Assembly (NCBI GenBank): GCA_951406725.2
Contig: OX597835.1
Location: forward strand, 6,944,001 to 7,008,000
Direction of reading: 5' to 3'
Source of the DNA: Octopus vulgaris
Taxonomy: Eukaryota
DNA length: 64,000 nt
Below the pieces are notes generated by a model, which saw nothing but the letters and a program-made list of their open reading frames with translations, was not told the origin of the DNA and did not search any database. This document shows, one piece after another, positions 28,501-43,720 of this stretch. Every line of letters begins with the position of its first letter. The first letter of the stretch is position 1. The translations under genes and the position numbers were made by a program.

Positions 28501-29050
28501 GCTCTAAGTTGATCAGTTTGTCGCTTTTAATGTCACACAACTCACTTTTTTGTCTTGCTCTCTCTCTCTCTCTCTGTCTCGATCTCTGTTGCTCTCCCCT
28601 ATCTTTGTTCTGCTTTATTTCTCTCTCTCTTACCATCTCTCTCTTGCTTGCTCTCTTTGTTACTCTCTCTCCCACTCGTAACCACTCCCTCTCGCTCTTA
28701 CCGTCTCTCTCTTTTGCTCACTCTAACTATTTCTCACTATTACGCTCTCCTTCACTTTCTCTCTCTCTCCCCTTGCTCTTCCTCTTCCACTTGCTCTCTA
28801 TAAATCTTACCCTCTCACTCTCTCTCTTGCTCATTTTCCCTCTTGCTCTCTTTCCCTCGTTCTCGCTCTCACCTTCTCCCTATTTTGTTCTTTCTCGTTT
28901 TTGCTCTCTCTCTCTTAAACTTTCTCTAACTCGTACCTCTCTCTCTCTCTCTCATGCATGCTCCTCTCTCTCACTCCTCCTCCTCCTCCTCCTCCTCCTC
29001 CTCTCACTCTCTTTCTAACCCTGTTTCACTCTTGCTCTTTCACGCTCTTC
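28340..29050. repeat. Degenerate CT-rich polypyrimidine tract
   Basis: Directly visible. Confidence 0.9.
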
Positions 29051-30037
29051 TAAACTGAAACAATCTGTCATTTTCATAACTCTATAAACCAGACCGTCTC
29101 TCAAACAAACAAACAAAAACAAACAAAAAACAAAGAAGCAAAAAACAAATAAACAAACAAAAGTCGTGTTTACTTTGCATAAAAAAACAAACAAAGCAAA
29201 AGTCTTCGCTATTTTTTTTGTTTGTTTTTAGATATCCTAAATTATTTATCAAACAATCGATGAGAAAAATCAAATAGAGTAAAACAAATAAACAAATAAA
29301 CAAATACACAAATAAACGAGGAATAAACAAAAATTAATTTCTTACGGAAACAGCTGTAAAGTATTTTAATTAATCTTGTTTGCATGATAAAATTGTTTGT
29401 TTAGATTTTGAAATTGGAGGGGTGGGGAGAGGAATCTGTGACAATAACATCGCGATAAAAATAAATAAGTAAATGAATGAATAATTTCGAAACAGTGTCA
29501 AATAAATCGATTAAGTCTCAGACTAAATGCGTAATGTATTTATTTTATTTTTTCTGCTTGCCTTTAGGATTTGAGATCAAATCCCGCCGAAGTTATTCTC
29601 TGTTTTTTTTTTGTTTTTATTTTTATTTTTATTTTTATTTTCGTTCTTATCTATTGCTCCGAAAATGCCTTGATTCAATCGACAATTTACTCACTCTTAA
29701 TCGAATTGTCTCTGCGCTTTAGAAAGAAATCGATATCAATAGATTATAGGGCAGTGAATTGGCACAAACTGTAGATCGATATAGTAAATATATTTGTAGT
29801 TTTTTTTTTCCCTCTCAATTTCTTATTTTAAAATCCTCACGATTTCGAATGTTGATCTTTTTTATCCCTCTGGGTTTGATAAAGCATCACTCAATTTTAC
29901 ACCTTCTCTTACGATGGGCTTGCATTCAGATTATATATATACAATGACAACAGATGGATTGCGGTTCACTACAACTGTTTCTGACGTGTTTTTTTTTTTA
30001 TCGATGAACAGAAGTGTTGCATTATGTACTTTAGTGA

Positions 30038-30395
30038 AAGGCGGGCGAGCTGCCAGAAACGTTAGCGCGCCGGGCGTTATCTCGTCTGTCTTTACGTTCT
30101 GAGTTCAAATTCCGCTGAGGTCGACTTTGCCTTTCATCCTTTTGGGGTCGTTAAATTAAGTACCAGTTGCGTACTGGGGTCGATCTAATCGACTAGCCCC
30201 CTCCTCAAAAATTTCGGGCCTTGTGCCTAGAGTAGAAAAGATTGTGTACTTTAGTGAGTATATCCGTCGACTTTATCCGGGATCGACTTTACCTTTTAGC
30301 CTTTCGGGGTCGATAAGTACCAGTTGAATACTGGGGTCGATGTAATCGACTCTTCTACTTCAGAAATTGCTAGCTATGTATCAACATTTGAAAAT
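30038..30395 (+). mobile_element. SINE A plus a second partial unit
   Basis: Family head, core and tail gggccttgtgcctagagtagaaaag. Confidence 0.8.
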
Positions 30396-31762
30396 AATAC
30401 ATAATTCAGGACTGTTATTTTGCAAAGTTAATTATGTAGCCGTGTGCCCTACAGTTTCTTAAAAGCGAGTATCATACAATAATGGTCTGGTGGTTAGGGT
30501 GTTGTACTCACGATGGCCCTATCGTCGGTTCGACTTCCGGACTGAGCGGTGCGTTGAAATCTTGAACAAAGCACTTCATTTCACGTTGCTCCACTCAGCT
30601 GTAAATGGATCACTCTGCAACGGAAGAAATATCGGTCTGCTCGCCTAGCCAGCAAGGTGGCACCATTCGAAAGCTAAGACGACTCAAAGCGCATTGTGAC
30701 CAGCGATGTATAAGAACAGTCTGATCGATCACTTGATGATGAGAATGTAATAGAGTAAGTAAGGTGGAGGATTACATAGGGTAGATGATCTAGTGGGTTG
30801 TTAGAATGGGTAGGTAGATGGCTAAAAGAGTTGATAGACAAAACGGTGATGAATGTGTAGATAGATGAGTGGATAGATGACCGTTTATGTTTAGATAAAC
30901 ATGTTCCAAGTTTTAACCGAACCACAAGGAAATTGAACTCAAACTGACAGGATAACAGAGTACAACCAGGAGCAGAGTACAACCAGCCGTCACTCGCAAG
31001 CAACTGGGATGGGTTGTATGCATTATGCTTTCGCTAATTTTTCGAGGTGCCTGTGTAGATGTAAACAAGCCAAGAGAGATTCATGGTCGTATAACACTTG
31101 ACTTAGTAGCACAAACAGATAGTTGGATGGTGTGTATGTGTGTGTGTGAGAGAGAACGAGAGAGAGTGAGAAAGAGAGAGAGAGAAAAAGAGAGAAAGGG
31201 AGAAAGTGTCAACTTCTGGTTGGTGCTCATTTACATGTATGTACTTTGCATTAACGTGAAATGAAGTGCACTCGTGAAGGATCCATCGCGTTTCCTGCAG
31301 GCAGAGTTGAAACACTGACCTTATAATAACGAGCCGAACACCCTAACCACTAAGCCATGGTACCTTCGTTACGGAAACGAAACACTCATCAGGTATGGGT
31401 ATTGATTTCTCCCCAGGGGTTTCCAAGCTAGCAAATCGCCATATTGCAAAATTTTAAAATAACTTTTTGCTGTATTCCATCCATAATTGATTAAAATTAA
31501 ATTAAATTCTTGGGTTGGCCGGAATCGAATTTGAAGATAATTATTATTTCTGACAATTATGGGTACGATTTTAATTAATTAAGATAATTATTCGCCTCAC
31601 TACACCAACTATGAGAGCAGCTATAACAAACCAGCAGAAATCCACAGTATTAGTAATAACATGCGAAACCTTAATAATCTCGCTTGATAACTGCAAATCT
31701 TATCAAGACTGTCAGGTCGCTCTCTCTTTCTCTCTCAGCATTTCTCTGCCTCTGCCTCTGCC

Positions 31763-31793
<31 letters not shown>

Positions 31794-31930
31794 CTCTTTA
31801 TCTTCGGTCTCACTATCTCACAAATATACTTCTTCCGTTATTGGATATTTTCAGCGATACATTCATCACTCCGTTTTCAGAGTACTGGAAAGTAGGGTAA
31901 GAAAGGATTCACACATGAAGTTATGTGAGT

Positions 31931-31989
<59 letters not shown>

Positions 31990-31994
<5 letters not shown>

Positions 31995-32450
31995 GAGTGT
32001 ATTTTACCTTGTTAACAATTAACACGGAAAAATAAATAAATAGTTACCAGGGCAGCAAAAATCTCACAAGTAAAGATGTTGTAACTACTTGTTTATAAAG
32101 GTTGAAACTTCGTGTTTACGTTGAATATTTTGAATAATATGAATAAAAAATGGAGTTAACGCAGGTTTAAACAAGTATTTTTACTTTCGACACATGTTTC
32201 GAAAATTCCACTGATACTATTCAAAAGAATAAATGGTATAAACAATGCAATCTTCTCTTCGGGAAAGTGAAAAAAACGAAACTCGTCAATACAACATTTT
32301 AGCAAAAAATGATGGATTTGTATAGCGATAGACAGAACGCTATTAATATTGTTTAAAAAAACGTTATATGATATAACGTCATAAGTAGCTAACAGAAAGA
32401 GTAGGGATATTAATAGTGAATGTTAAATATAAAGGAAATTAAAGTTTAAA
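31990..32450 (-). mobile_element. Penelope-like non-autonomous element carrying the U4C hammerhead
   Basis: Flanked by (TA)n. Its segments recur at 48770-48985, where one part is inverted, and at 58635-58800 as the reverse complement of about 31990-32145. Confidence 0.55.
32183..32268 (-). ncRNA. Hammerhead ribozyme motif with U4C core variant (copy 1)
   Basis: Minus strand reads ACUUUC-CCGAAGA-GAAGAUUGCAUUG...CAGUGGAAUUUUC-GAAA-CAUGUG-UC-GAAAGU. Stem I is 6 bp, stem II is long, and the triplet is GUC. Confidence 0.6.
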
Positions 32451-32507
32451 CTATATATATATATAAATATCTGTAAATATAAAACCATCCGAATTTCTGA
32501 GTACCTC

Positions 32508-32617
32508 ATTTCTTCTAATATAAAATACCTGTACATCATCTCCAAACCTTCTAAGATATATATATATATATTGGAAGGTTTGGTGATGATGTACAGGTAT
32601 TTTATATTAGAAGAAAT
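32508..32617. repeat. Fold-back centred on a TA tract
   Basis: atttcttctaatataaaatacctgtacatcatctccaaaccttc pairs with gaaggtttggtgatgatgtacaggtattttatattagaagaaat. Confidence 0.9.
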
Positions 32618-32696
32618 TGTCTATGAAAGAAGGTTTGAAAATCCAATTTTAAAGATGTTTATTCACTTTGCCGGTTTCACTTTTTTAGAAAAAGAT

Positions 32697-33352
32697 TGTC
32701 AAAAGTAAAAAGTAAAGCTCTGTATAAGCTTTGTTGGGTTAAGTACTGATTGTGACAAAAGTATTAAAATACATATATATATTCTTTGATAATAAGAACA
32801 TGTTAAAAACTGTTTACAAGAGGGTATTTAAGAAAGTATTCAACAAAAAGTATTAGGAATTCAATAAAAATCATGTTTGTTTGGTAGTCCTGCAAATTGT
32901 ATTTCTATATGACAGACCATGCTGACGAGATTGCAGTTTGTCCTTGCGGATATTAACAATCGAAACTGATCGGTACATGGGTAATCATTTTTATTTCGTA
33001 TATTTTCATTTGTCTTGCTTATTTTTAATGCTTTGGTTTGTGCTGAGGTTTTATTTGAGAACATATTCTTTGTGGAAAATAGCGATTTGACGTCTATATC
33101 TAGCATGTTGACCGTCCACTTTTAGTGGTCAGTCCTTTAAATTTTGTATATACACAGAAGGAGATATATTTAAGAATTTACAAAAAATTGGAGAGGAACC
33201 GACCTCTCTTTTTTGACATTTTTCTGTCTTGTAAACTGTTTTAAACATTTTTTATTATTATCAAAGAAGTATATATATTTTTTAATACTTTTGTGACAAC
33301 CAGTACCTAACACAACAAAGCTTATACAAAGCTTTACGTTTTACTTTTGACA
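32697..33352. mobile_element. MITE-like element with imperfect terminal inverted repeats of about 125 bp
   Basis: 32697-32821 (tgtcaaaagtaaaa...tgtttacaaga) is the imperfect reverse complement of 33227-33352. Confidence 0.7.
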
Positions 33353-33712
33353 TGTATGCGAGCCAAGGTGTGTGCACGCGCGCGCTGATGGGTTATAAGT
33401 AATAGGTCTACTGAGACTTCGAAGCCATCAGATGGCTTGCGAGCATCTGATGAAGGTTAGCAAACTGAAATTTCGAAGTTACTATCAACCTTTGCCTGGT
33501 AAAAAAACTTGTAAAAGTTAAGAAGTATATATACGCCACAAAAAATATTTATTGCGTGATCTTTTTATCTTTTAGGTTAATGTTAAATTATTTTTCACAA
33601 AAGTTCACATGAAAATGTATTGTACCTACCTATCTACCTACCTACCAGCCTACCGACCTACTTTCTTGCCTGCCTACCTGCCTGCCAGCATGTCTATCTG
33701 TTTGTGTGTCTG

Positions 33713-33779
<67 letters not shown>

Positions 33780-33814
33780 GTCTATCTATCTGTGTATGTA
33801 TGCGTGTGTGCGTA

Positions 33815-33851
<37 letters not shown>

Positions 33852-34429
33852 CTCTCTGTGTGTCTGTGTGTATATATATATATATATAATCGCATACGCA
33901 TGCATATATTCTGGGAAGACAGCTCTGCTATTCAATTGGAGATAGAACTCTTTAGATGCTGGACAGCAAACAAAAAAGCTGAACGAAGCAATATTAACAT
34001 CGATTGACAGCAAACGTCTGCCCACCACCTTCATTAAAAAACCCCAAAAAAACGGATAATAAAATACGCAGAGACATGTGTCATATTTGAGCTTTCAAAT
34101 ATTCTGGAGATAATCGAACTTTCAAACATTCTGGTGGTAATCAGTAGGTGGCAGATCTGCAGACTCTTCTTGACAGATGAAACTAATTGAAGCAAATATT
34201 TTCAACACAACTACAAATGCTGCCGCCTGTTTGCAACCTTTCAATGCTAACTCGGTTTATTTCACCCATCTTCAAAGGCGAGTGATGGCCTGTGAGGGAC
34301 TGTGAATCAGGTAATGGGAGATACCTACTTCTCCCTGACGAAAGCAAGTTGCAAAAATAATCCCTTCTGCTGTTGGCACATTGTCTGAATTTTGGCTGGA
34401 GGAATATATATATATATATATATATATAT

Positions 34430-34620
34430 GTTGAATCGTTAGCTCCTGCACGCATTTTTTTCTCTCCTTGTTTCTTTTCTGTGTATCTTTCTGTTGAAGA
34501 GCGTAGGCTCGAAACGTAAAAGACTTGTTTTATTTCTATTCCTGAGCGCCATACTAATACAATTGTTTGTTTGTACTCAACCTGCCTTCGTCTTTTGTTT
34601 ATTTTCGTAAACCTTCCCGT
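34430..34620 (+). mobile_element. Family E copy
   Basis: Contains tcttt-CTGTTGA-A-GAGC-gtag-GCTC-GAAA-CG-TA-aaaga at 34486-34523 and is flanked by (TA)n. Confidence 0.65.
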
Positions 34621-34636
34621 TATATATATATATATA

Positions 34637-34701
<65 letters not shown>

Positions 34702-34709
34702 TAATACCT

Positions 34710-34740
<31 letters not shown>

Positions 34741-35030
34741 TATATAAAGACTTATAATCTTGAGGTCGTGAGCTCCATTCTGAGACCGGGCTGTGTGTCG
34801 AGCTCTTGAGTAGGAGACTTCATTTCACGTTGCTCCACTCACTCAGCTGTAGAAATGTGCTGCGACGTGACTGGAGCCAAGCTGTCTCGGCCTCTGCCTT
34901 TCCGTTTGTAAACTTCAGGGGAGTGGAAAGCGGAGACTGGTACGCATGGGTGACCGCTGGACTTCCACAAAAAGCCTTTCCCGGCCTTCTAACTCTGAGG
35001 GGAACATTCTTAGGTGTAACTGAAAGGGTT

Positions 35031-35085
<55 letters not shown>

Positions 35086-35247
35086 ATTTGTTCTTTTCTT
35101 CCCTTTTACGATCCCTCTTGATCGAAAACCTACGCCACCCCTTTTTTTGTTTCTTTTGTTTTTTTGTTTTTTCCATCCCCCAAAAGGAAAGCTCTACCTT
35201 GTAACTTGTCCCATCTGTGTGCAGCCCTGTGTGGCCAATAAAGAAAC

Positions 35248-35335
<88 letters not shown>

Positions 35336-35825
35336 ATATATATACATATATGTGTGTGTGTGTATGTGTATCTGTGTGTGTGTGTGAGTCTGTAACGGTC
35401 GGGTACACGTGCGTTTCTATTTCTGCCGTTTCCTTTCGTTTTTTTTTCTCTCCATCTCTGCCAGATTCTTCAGAAGAGTGTACACGCGAAACGTTACAGG
35501 CAATTCTTCCTCTTTTTCCGCCATTTCTTGAGCATCAACTAACACTGACCCCGGGTGTTTATTTTCAACCTCGTCTTCTATGTCTTCGTATGTAAGAGTA
35601 CACGTGTTTTTTCTCGAACTTTTCTTTTCTTTTCTTTCTTTCTCTTTGGACATTTTCTAAAACTTCGAGCGTTAATCTAACATATTCACTCTGTACGTCC
35701 TTTTGACTTTTACTATTTTTCCAGTTTTTGTTTTCAGTTTTGATCAACCTTTATATATATGTGTGAGTGTGTGTGTATGTATATATATATAAATATATAT
35801 ATATTGATATATGTATGTATGTATG

Positions 35826-35897
<72 letters not shown>

Positions 35898-36819
35898 GTG
35901 TGTGTGTGTGTATATGTATATATATATATATGTATGTATGTATGTATCTATCTATCTGTATCTACCTACACACACATCTATCTATATATATATATATAAA
36001 TATAGATAAGAACTTATGGAGAGTTATGAAATTGAATCCTCGTCTCACAATTAAAGAAAAGATAGATGTAAGTTATTTATCATCTTGATGTATATATCGG
36101 GTTGAGAATTAAATTTATTATGTAACACGCAACGCACTAAATAAATAACCTGGAATAGATTTTTGCTTGTTGTCTACTAGTGAATACGTATTATATATAT
36201 ACATACACAAAAATCTATACATCGACACTTTCTGTCTCTCCACACACGCACCTGCGTTTGAGTGTATGCCACAACCTCAAATTATTCATAAGTTTAACAC
36301 TTGTCAATTTTATCGCTACAGATTTTCTATAGATATTATAACCAGCTCTGATTTGTTACGATGTTTCGTATCCAAATATGCCTAATTCAAACAACAATGC
36401 AGATGGAAAAATAGATGGAAAAATAGATAATGGTTGTATTTGTCATATTTCAGGAATTCCTCTCCTTCAACAGCACCACATCCAACCCATTAACCATCCA
36501 CGAACTCATTGCTTATACAGCCACCTAAGAGAGCAGTGTAAAATTGTTAGATATCCAAATTTAACATATTAAATACAGTGGTTTAATAGCACTGCTAACA
36601 CTGGAGGATACAATATAGACTTATGAAGCGTTTAATATACTTTGTATTATGTTATGGTTGCAGAACAAAATGCGGTGTCAATAATTTTAAGAATATTTGC
36701 TGAGAATTTTTCTTGAAAATTACATTGCTATAATTAATTATGAGGTATCATGCTATTTCTGAACGTGTGAGTGTACACACACGAACACACACACAGACAC
36801 ACACACATACAGACATACA

Positions 36820-36882
<63 letters not shown>

Positions 36883-37037
36883 TTATCTTTTATAACTGTC
36901 CGAGGAACGGGAACATGAAACTCCGAGTAACAGGTTTTGTTGAATTTCTGCTGATTTTAAATAAAGCATATTACTCTACCCCTGGTATTTGAGTACTCTT
37001 TTTTTCCACCTTGTTTCACATTTATGTGTTTACTCCG

Positions 37038-37086
<49 letters not shown>

Positions 37087-37309
37087 TGTATATATGTATA
37101 TATGATGGGCTTCCGTGCAGTTTCCTTCAACCAGTTCCACTTACAGAGCATGTGTCCATTTCTCATCCCAGCATTAGAGTACAAGACACTCAGCGAATAT
37201 GTTGCGCAAAAGGACTGACCCGAACGCCACCTAGTTGGGAAAGGTATTCACCACCCCACCACCACCACCACCATGCTCACTGAACAGGTATTGTAAGTAT
37301 ATATCTTAC

Positions 37310-37453
37310 CTTTTGGTGTTATATTAAGATCCCGGTAAGGTGAACATCTTCCAAGGATTTCGTATAAGACAATACCGAACGAATACACATCCCCTTTAGG
37401 GCTTCCTTTTTTCTCTGGGTTCCGCAATATTTCAGGTGCTGTCCATTGGAGAT
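37310..37453 (-). CDS. Next exon of the same receptor guanylate cyclase (not in the ORF track)
   Basis: Minus strand reads tttttttctgttag|AT CTC CAA TGG...CCA AAA G|gtaag. The exon is 144 bp, phase 1 to 1, and joins the previous exon in frame (A|AT = N). It encodes NLQWTAPEILRNPEKKGSPKGDVYSFGIVLYEILGRCSPYRDLNITPK, with the WTAPE and GDVYSFGI motifs. Confidence 0.95.
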
Positions 37454-37965
37454 CTAACAGAAAAAAAAACGTATACGAAAAAAGAGAAAGAGGTTATTAA
37501 CGAGAATAAAAAATAAAATAAAATACAAAGAAATACAGTTTTCTCTCTCTTGGCTCCCTAGTGGTTAGGGTGTTGCACTTGCAATATTAACGATCGGGAT
37601 TTCGAATCCCGGACGCGCCATTTCGTTGCGCTCTTCGGTAAAAAAAAAAAATTTATTTCGCGTTGCTCCAGTCAACTCAGCTGAAAATCAGTTCCAACCC
37701 TTATTGTGGTGTGGTGATTTCATGGCCTCAATGACCGTAAGAACCATGCCAATGTCGCACAAATTTCTGGTAGAGCAACCTAAGCCGGACAGAAGACAAA
37801 CCAATATGGACTACATCCCTATTAACCCTGCTCACGTAAGTGAATCAGTGTTATTGTAGTTGCGCATCTTAGTCTGTTTGTCAGACGGGTAGACATGATG
37901 GATATATTGGGCTTTGTATATTTGTATCCAAGTGCCATTTTGATGGCGTGGATCGCCCTCTCACC

Positions 37966-38028
<63 letters not shown>

Positions 38029-38035
38029 CAACAAC

Positions 38036-38073
<38 letters not shown>

Positions 38074-38092
38074 TAATAATAACAACAACAAC

Positions 38093-38142
<50 letters not shown>

Positions 38143-38149
38143 TAATAAA

Positions 38150-38311
38150 ATTTGTGTGGTAAGTAGTTTGCTTACCAACCAGATGGTTCCAGGGGTTCAG
38201 TCCCACTGCGTAGCACCTTGGAAAAGTGTCTTCTACTATAGCCTCGGGCCAACCAAAGCCTTTTGAATGGATTTGTTAGACAGAAACTGAAAGAAGCACG
38301 TCCTATATACG

Positions 38312-38389
<78 letters not shown>

Positions 38390-38725
38390 GAGGTGGTGCT
38401 ATTAAGTTAGACATGGCCTGGACCAATCTTTGGTCGAAACATATCTAAGTTTTATCGAAGTTTTATATATATATATATATATATACACATACACATGAGT
38501 GTGTGTGTGCGTGCTTGTGTGTCTGTGTTTGCCCCCGCCCACCAACATTGCCTGACGTGCGATGCTGGTGTGTTTACATCCCCGTAACTTAGCGGTTCTA
38601 GAGACCGATAGAATAAGTACTAGGCTTGACAAAGAATAAGTCTTGGGCTCGAATTGCTCGACAAAAAAAAAAAAGTGGTGATCCAGCATGGCCTCCATCA
38701 AATGACTGAAACAAGTGAAAGAGTG
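38150..38725 (+). mobile_element. SINE B with a 61-bp insert in its TA tract
   Basis: The two family halves flank (TA)n, with the insert at 38391-38451. Confidence 0.8.
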
Positions 38726-39479
38726 ATTATGACGATGATGATTATGATTATGATGATGGCGTTGGTGGTGGCGTTGGTGGTGGCGTTGGTGGTGGTGGTG
38801 GTGGTGAGGAAAACACGAATGAACGAGCGACAAATAAGAAGAACAAAACAATAAATATTCAAACAAATAAATAAATAAATGAATAAATAAATCACTATAT
38901 CTGCAAATGTAATACATTTGTGTTCTGGAAATATTCAGAAAGAAGTTGGAGCTTATAAATATGATCCATCTGTTAATTTAGCTGCAGTCCTTTTCCTTTT
39001 TTTTTGTCTTTTAAAATGTAGCTTCTGGTGGTGACGGTGTTGTTGTTGTTGGTGGTGGTGGTGGTAGTGGTGGTATTGGTGGTGGTGGTCGTGGTGGTAT
39101 TGGTGGTGGTAGTGTGTGGTGGTCGTGGTGGTGGTGGTATGACGTTCGCGTGAATGCCTGCTGGCTGTTGATGTTTTGCATAAGAGCCGTGTGCGTAACG
39201 TACGCACCATTCCATACACTTTGCATGGATGTTAAAATATGGAGACACGTACGTGCCGAAGAAGTATCGATGTTACGGAATTTCAAAAGCGACAGAACGG
39301 GAGTTCTTGATGGCTTTATTTATTTATGCACAAATACCGTAACGAAACACTTGTACACGAGGCCCATTGACATCATCGCCGCCATCATCATAGTCAACAT
39401 CGTTGTCATCATCAGCATCATCATCACCATCACCAACATCATCACCATCGTCCTCTCCTCGTTCCCTTCCTCTACCTCG

Positions 39480-40295
<816 letters not shown>

Positions 40296-41445
40296 ATGCT
40301 GTTGTTAGTGTTATTAAATTCGCTGTTGCTGGCATGGTAGGAATTGTTTTTTTTTTTTTTTTTTGTTTTCACCACTTAGAGAAAATGTATTATTTATGAA
40401 AACGAAATCCAGAAACAAAATTATTTATAAAATTTCACTGAATTAACATATTTCCTTTCCTTTCCTTGCTGGGAGGGTGGGGAATGTTAATTGGGGAAAC
40501 GGGGGATGTTATCAGAATGTGTGGACCTCTATTCCGAAACCTAGGTTAGACAAAAGCTCTATCTTTTAAACATTATTTTATTATTTTCTTCTTTTAAAAA
40601 TCTTTTCCTGCATATACTTGTAATTTCTTGCTGCATTCAACATGGCTGCTTATTTTAGAGTGGCAGGAAGAGGGGACAATAAACAATGACAGAAGCGCTG
40701 AAGTCCCCCTCCTTTTCGACCATGAAATCATTCTCGATTACACCAGAAGGCACGAAAAAATAATGCGAGGAAAAAGTGAAGAGGAAAGAATGAGATAAAT
40801 TGTCAACTCCAAATACGATTCCGACATGGAAAATGCAAATTTGCATGAGATTTGATATAACATACGCCTTCTCGTCGTCACTGTTGTATCTGGACTGTTA
40901 TAATATCAAACGTTCCTCATGTTCTCTTATTACTCTCCAACTGTGTATCTTCAACAAGTATTCCACTGTATATCTATTCAATAATTCATAGAACCCGTAC
41001 GCTATGACTGAGCATGTGACACTATTCCTGGACTGTTCTGCGCATGCTCATTTATACCAAACAAGTATAGTTCACTCAGCCAATCACGTGGGTGTACAGA
41101 TTCCCCACACAACAATATTAAAATGTGTAACACTAGCAATGCCGACGCACAATGTCGTTTCAACGGTAGCGAGAAGAACTTTATTACTTGTCTTACAAGA
41201 TAAAAGGGTTCTTTTAGACATGGGGTAAATGCAATCGAAGAAAGAAACAGGGACATTTTATGTCATGAAAGAGTTTTTTTTCCCTTCTGTTAGGAATTCT
41301 CTGTTACCAAAGGTGTTTTTGCACAATATTGGATATGAATAACACCATTTGCATGTAAGTGACGTATAATCACAAACAATTACGTGGTCTCTAGACAAGG
41401 TATCACAAACATACACTTACAGGCCGACACGCGCACACACGTCTA

Positions 41446-41541
<96 letters not shown>

Positions 41542-41806
41542 CATATATTATATTATATTACATTACATTACATTATATTATATCATATTATATTATATTA
41601 TATTATATTATATTATATTATACTATATCAAATTGTATTATATTATATTATATTTGGCTGACGATCGTTAGGTAGTGAGTTCGACTCCCGGCGACGCTTC
41701 GTGTCCTTGAACAACATGTTTTATATCTTGTTGCTTCAGTCTAATCAGCTGGAATAAAGAGTAGAACCAGTAATTCAAAGAGGGCCGATCTTGTCATATT
41801 CTGTGT

Positions 41807-41902
<96 letters not shown>

Positions 41903-42949
41903 TATAGATAGATATATAGATAGCTCTGCTATTGCTGTTAAATCGTTGTTCTCGAAGATTCTGTAATATTTGTAGCCAACTTCTGCAGAAGACGAGAAGA
42001 AATAAATACGAATGTTTTGCGAATTGGAAAATTCCCAAATAACTGAAACGAGTATAATTTTGATACAAACAGCGAAACCGACAATAAAATTAAGATGAAC
42101 AACAGCGAAAATAATAACAAAATATACCAATAATAGAAATATCGTCAGCTGTGCTAATGACTACCGCAGCAGCAAGGAAAACAACAATAACATTTTCAAC
42201 AACAGTAAACCCGAATGAGACAGAAACGACAGAGGACATATTATCAAGAAACAGAACCGAAGTAACGGACGCACTAAAATGGCGGCGAAAAATATAGGAA
42301 GCTACATTTTCACAAGTCGTCTGCTCGTATATGTGTTAGGAGCTAAATATGAAAACAGGAATAATGGAAGAGAAATGGCCAGCCATTAAAATAAGAAGAG
42401 ACTAAGGACAGAAAAAGAAGGAAATATAAGAATTATGTGAGTATCATTTCACATAAAACGAGGTGAATTCAAAAAGCCAAGATTCCGGAAGATATCTTTC
42501 AAACGAACTATATCTGTGAACTGTGTATATATGTGCTTTGAGTGTGTGTTTAGGTCTATGTGTGTAGTTAGATGTGTGTATATATATATATATATATATG
42601 TGCGTGTGAGTGTGTGAGTGTGTGTGCGAAAAAGAGAGAGAGAGAGAGGGAGGGAGTTGGGAGGAGAGCTCTATTTCGGATTTAATGGTGTATTTTATTT
42701 CCCATGGACGGAAAATGGACGAACAAGAATCTGTTACTATGGATACACTTGTTGGATTATATTTCAGCGTGCGTCAATGTATACAGATATAAATTAAAGG
42801 GGGGGGTGTTCAAGGTTGACAGTGATAACCTCGCCCTGGAAACAGAGATGAACACACGACCCGGCTCCGGTGTCTCTTGGGTTAAAATGGATGAGGAAAT
42901 AATTTGGTGCCAGTGTGACACCTTTTCGAGACGAACGTACAACGTCTGA

Positions 42950-43503
42950 AATGGTGATGATGATGATGACGACGACGCCCATGATGATGGTGACGATGGT
43001 GACAATGGCGACGTCGACGATGATGATGATGATGAAGACGATGAAAATGAAGGTGATGACGACAATGACGATGATGATGACAGTCACGTCAATGACAATA
43101 GCGATAATAACGACGACCACGATGATAAACGTAGATGATGACGTTGATAATGAATATGACGATGATGACGATGATGATGATGAGGAGGAGGACAACGATG
43201 ACGAAGATGATGATGATAACGATGGTGATGATAATCATGATGATAATGATGGTGATGGTGATGATGATGAATACGGTACCGATGCCGATGATGATGATTA
43301 TGATGATGACGATGGTAATGACGATGATGATAATGATGGTGATGGAGATGATGATGATGAATTTAATGATGATGATGATGATGATGATGATGACGATGTT
43401 GATGATGATGATGACGATGATGATGACGATGACGATGATGATGACGGTGATGATGATGATGAAGATTGATGACGATGATGATGAAGATGATGATGATGAT
43501 GTA

Positions 43504-43593
<90 letters not shown>

Positions 43594-43720
43594 GACGATG
43601 ACGCTGATGCTAATGATGCCGTTGCCGATGACGACGACGACGACAACGACAACGACGATGATGTCGACGATGACAAACATGTCGACGGTCAGTATGACCG
43701 CGATAATGATAACAATGTCG
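42950..43720. repeat. Degenerate (GAT)n/(GAC)n microsatellite
   Basis: Directly visible, with a frame slip near 43465. Confidence 0.95.

Noticed and set aside
33415-33482. CUGAUGA...GAAA hammerhead candidate
   Set aside because: No adjacent stem I pairing, and the core is sequestered in a catcagatg/catctgatg hairpin.
34183-34400. Minus-strand ORF after a ctccag acceptor, tested as the next cyclase exon
   Set aside because: The phase does not match and no tested frame shows the FRP or CW motifs.
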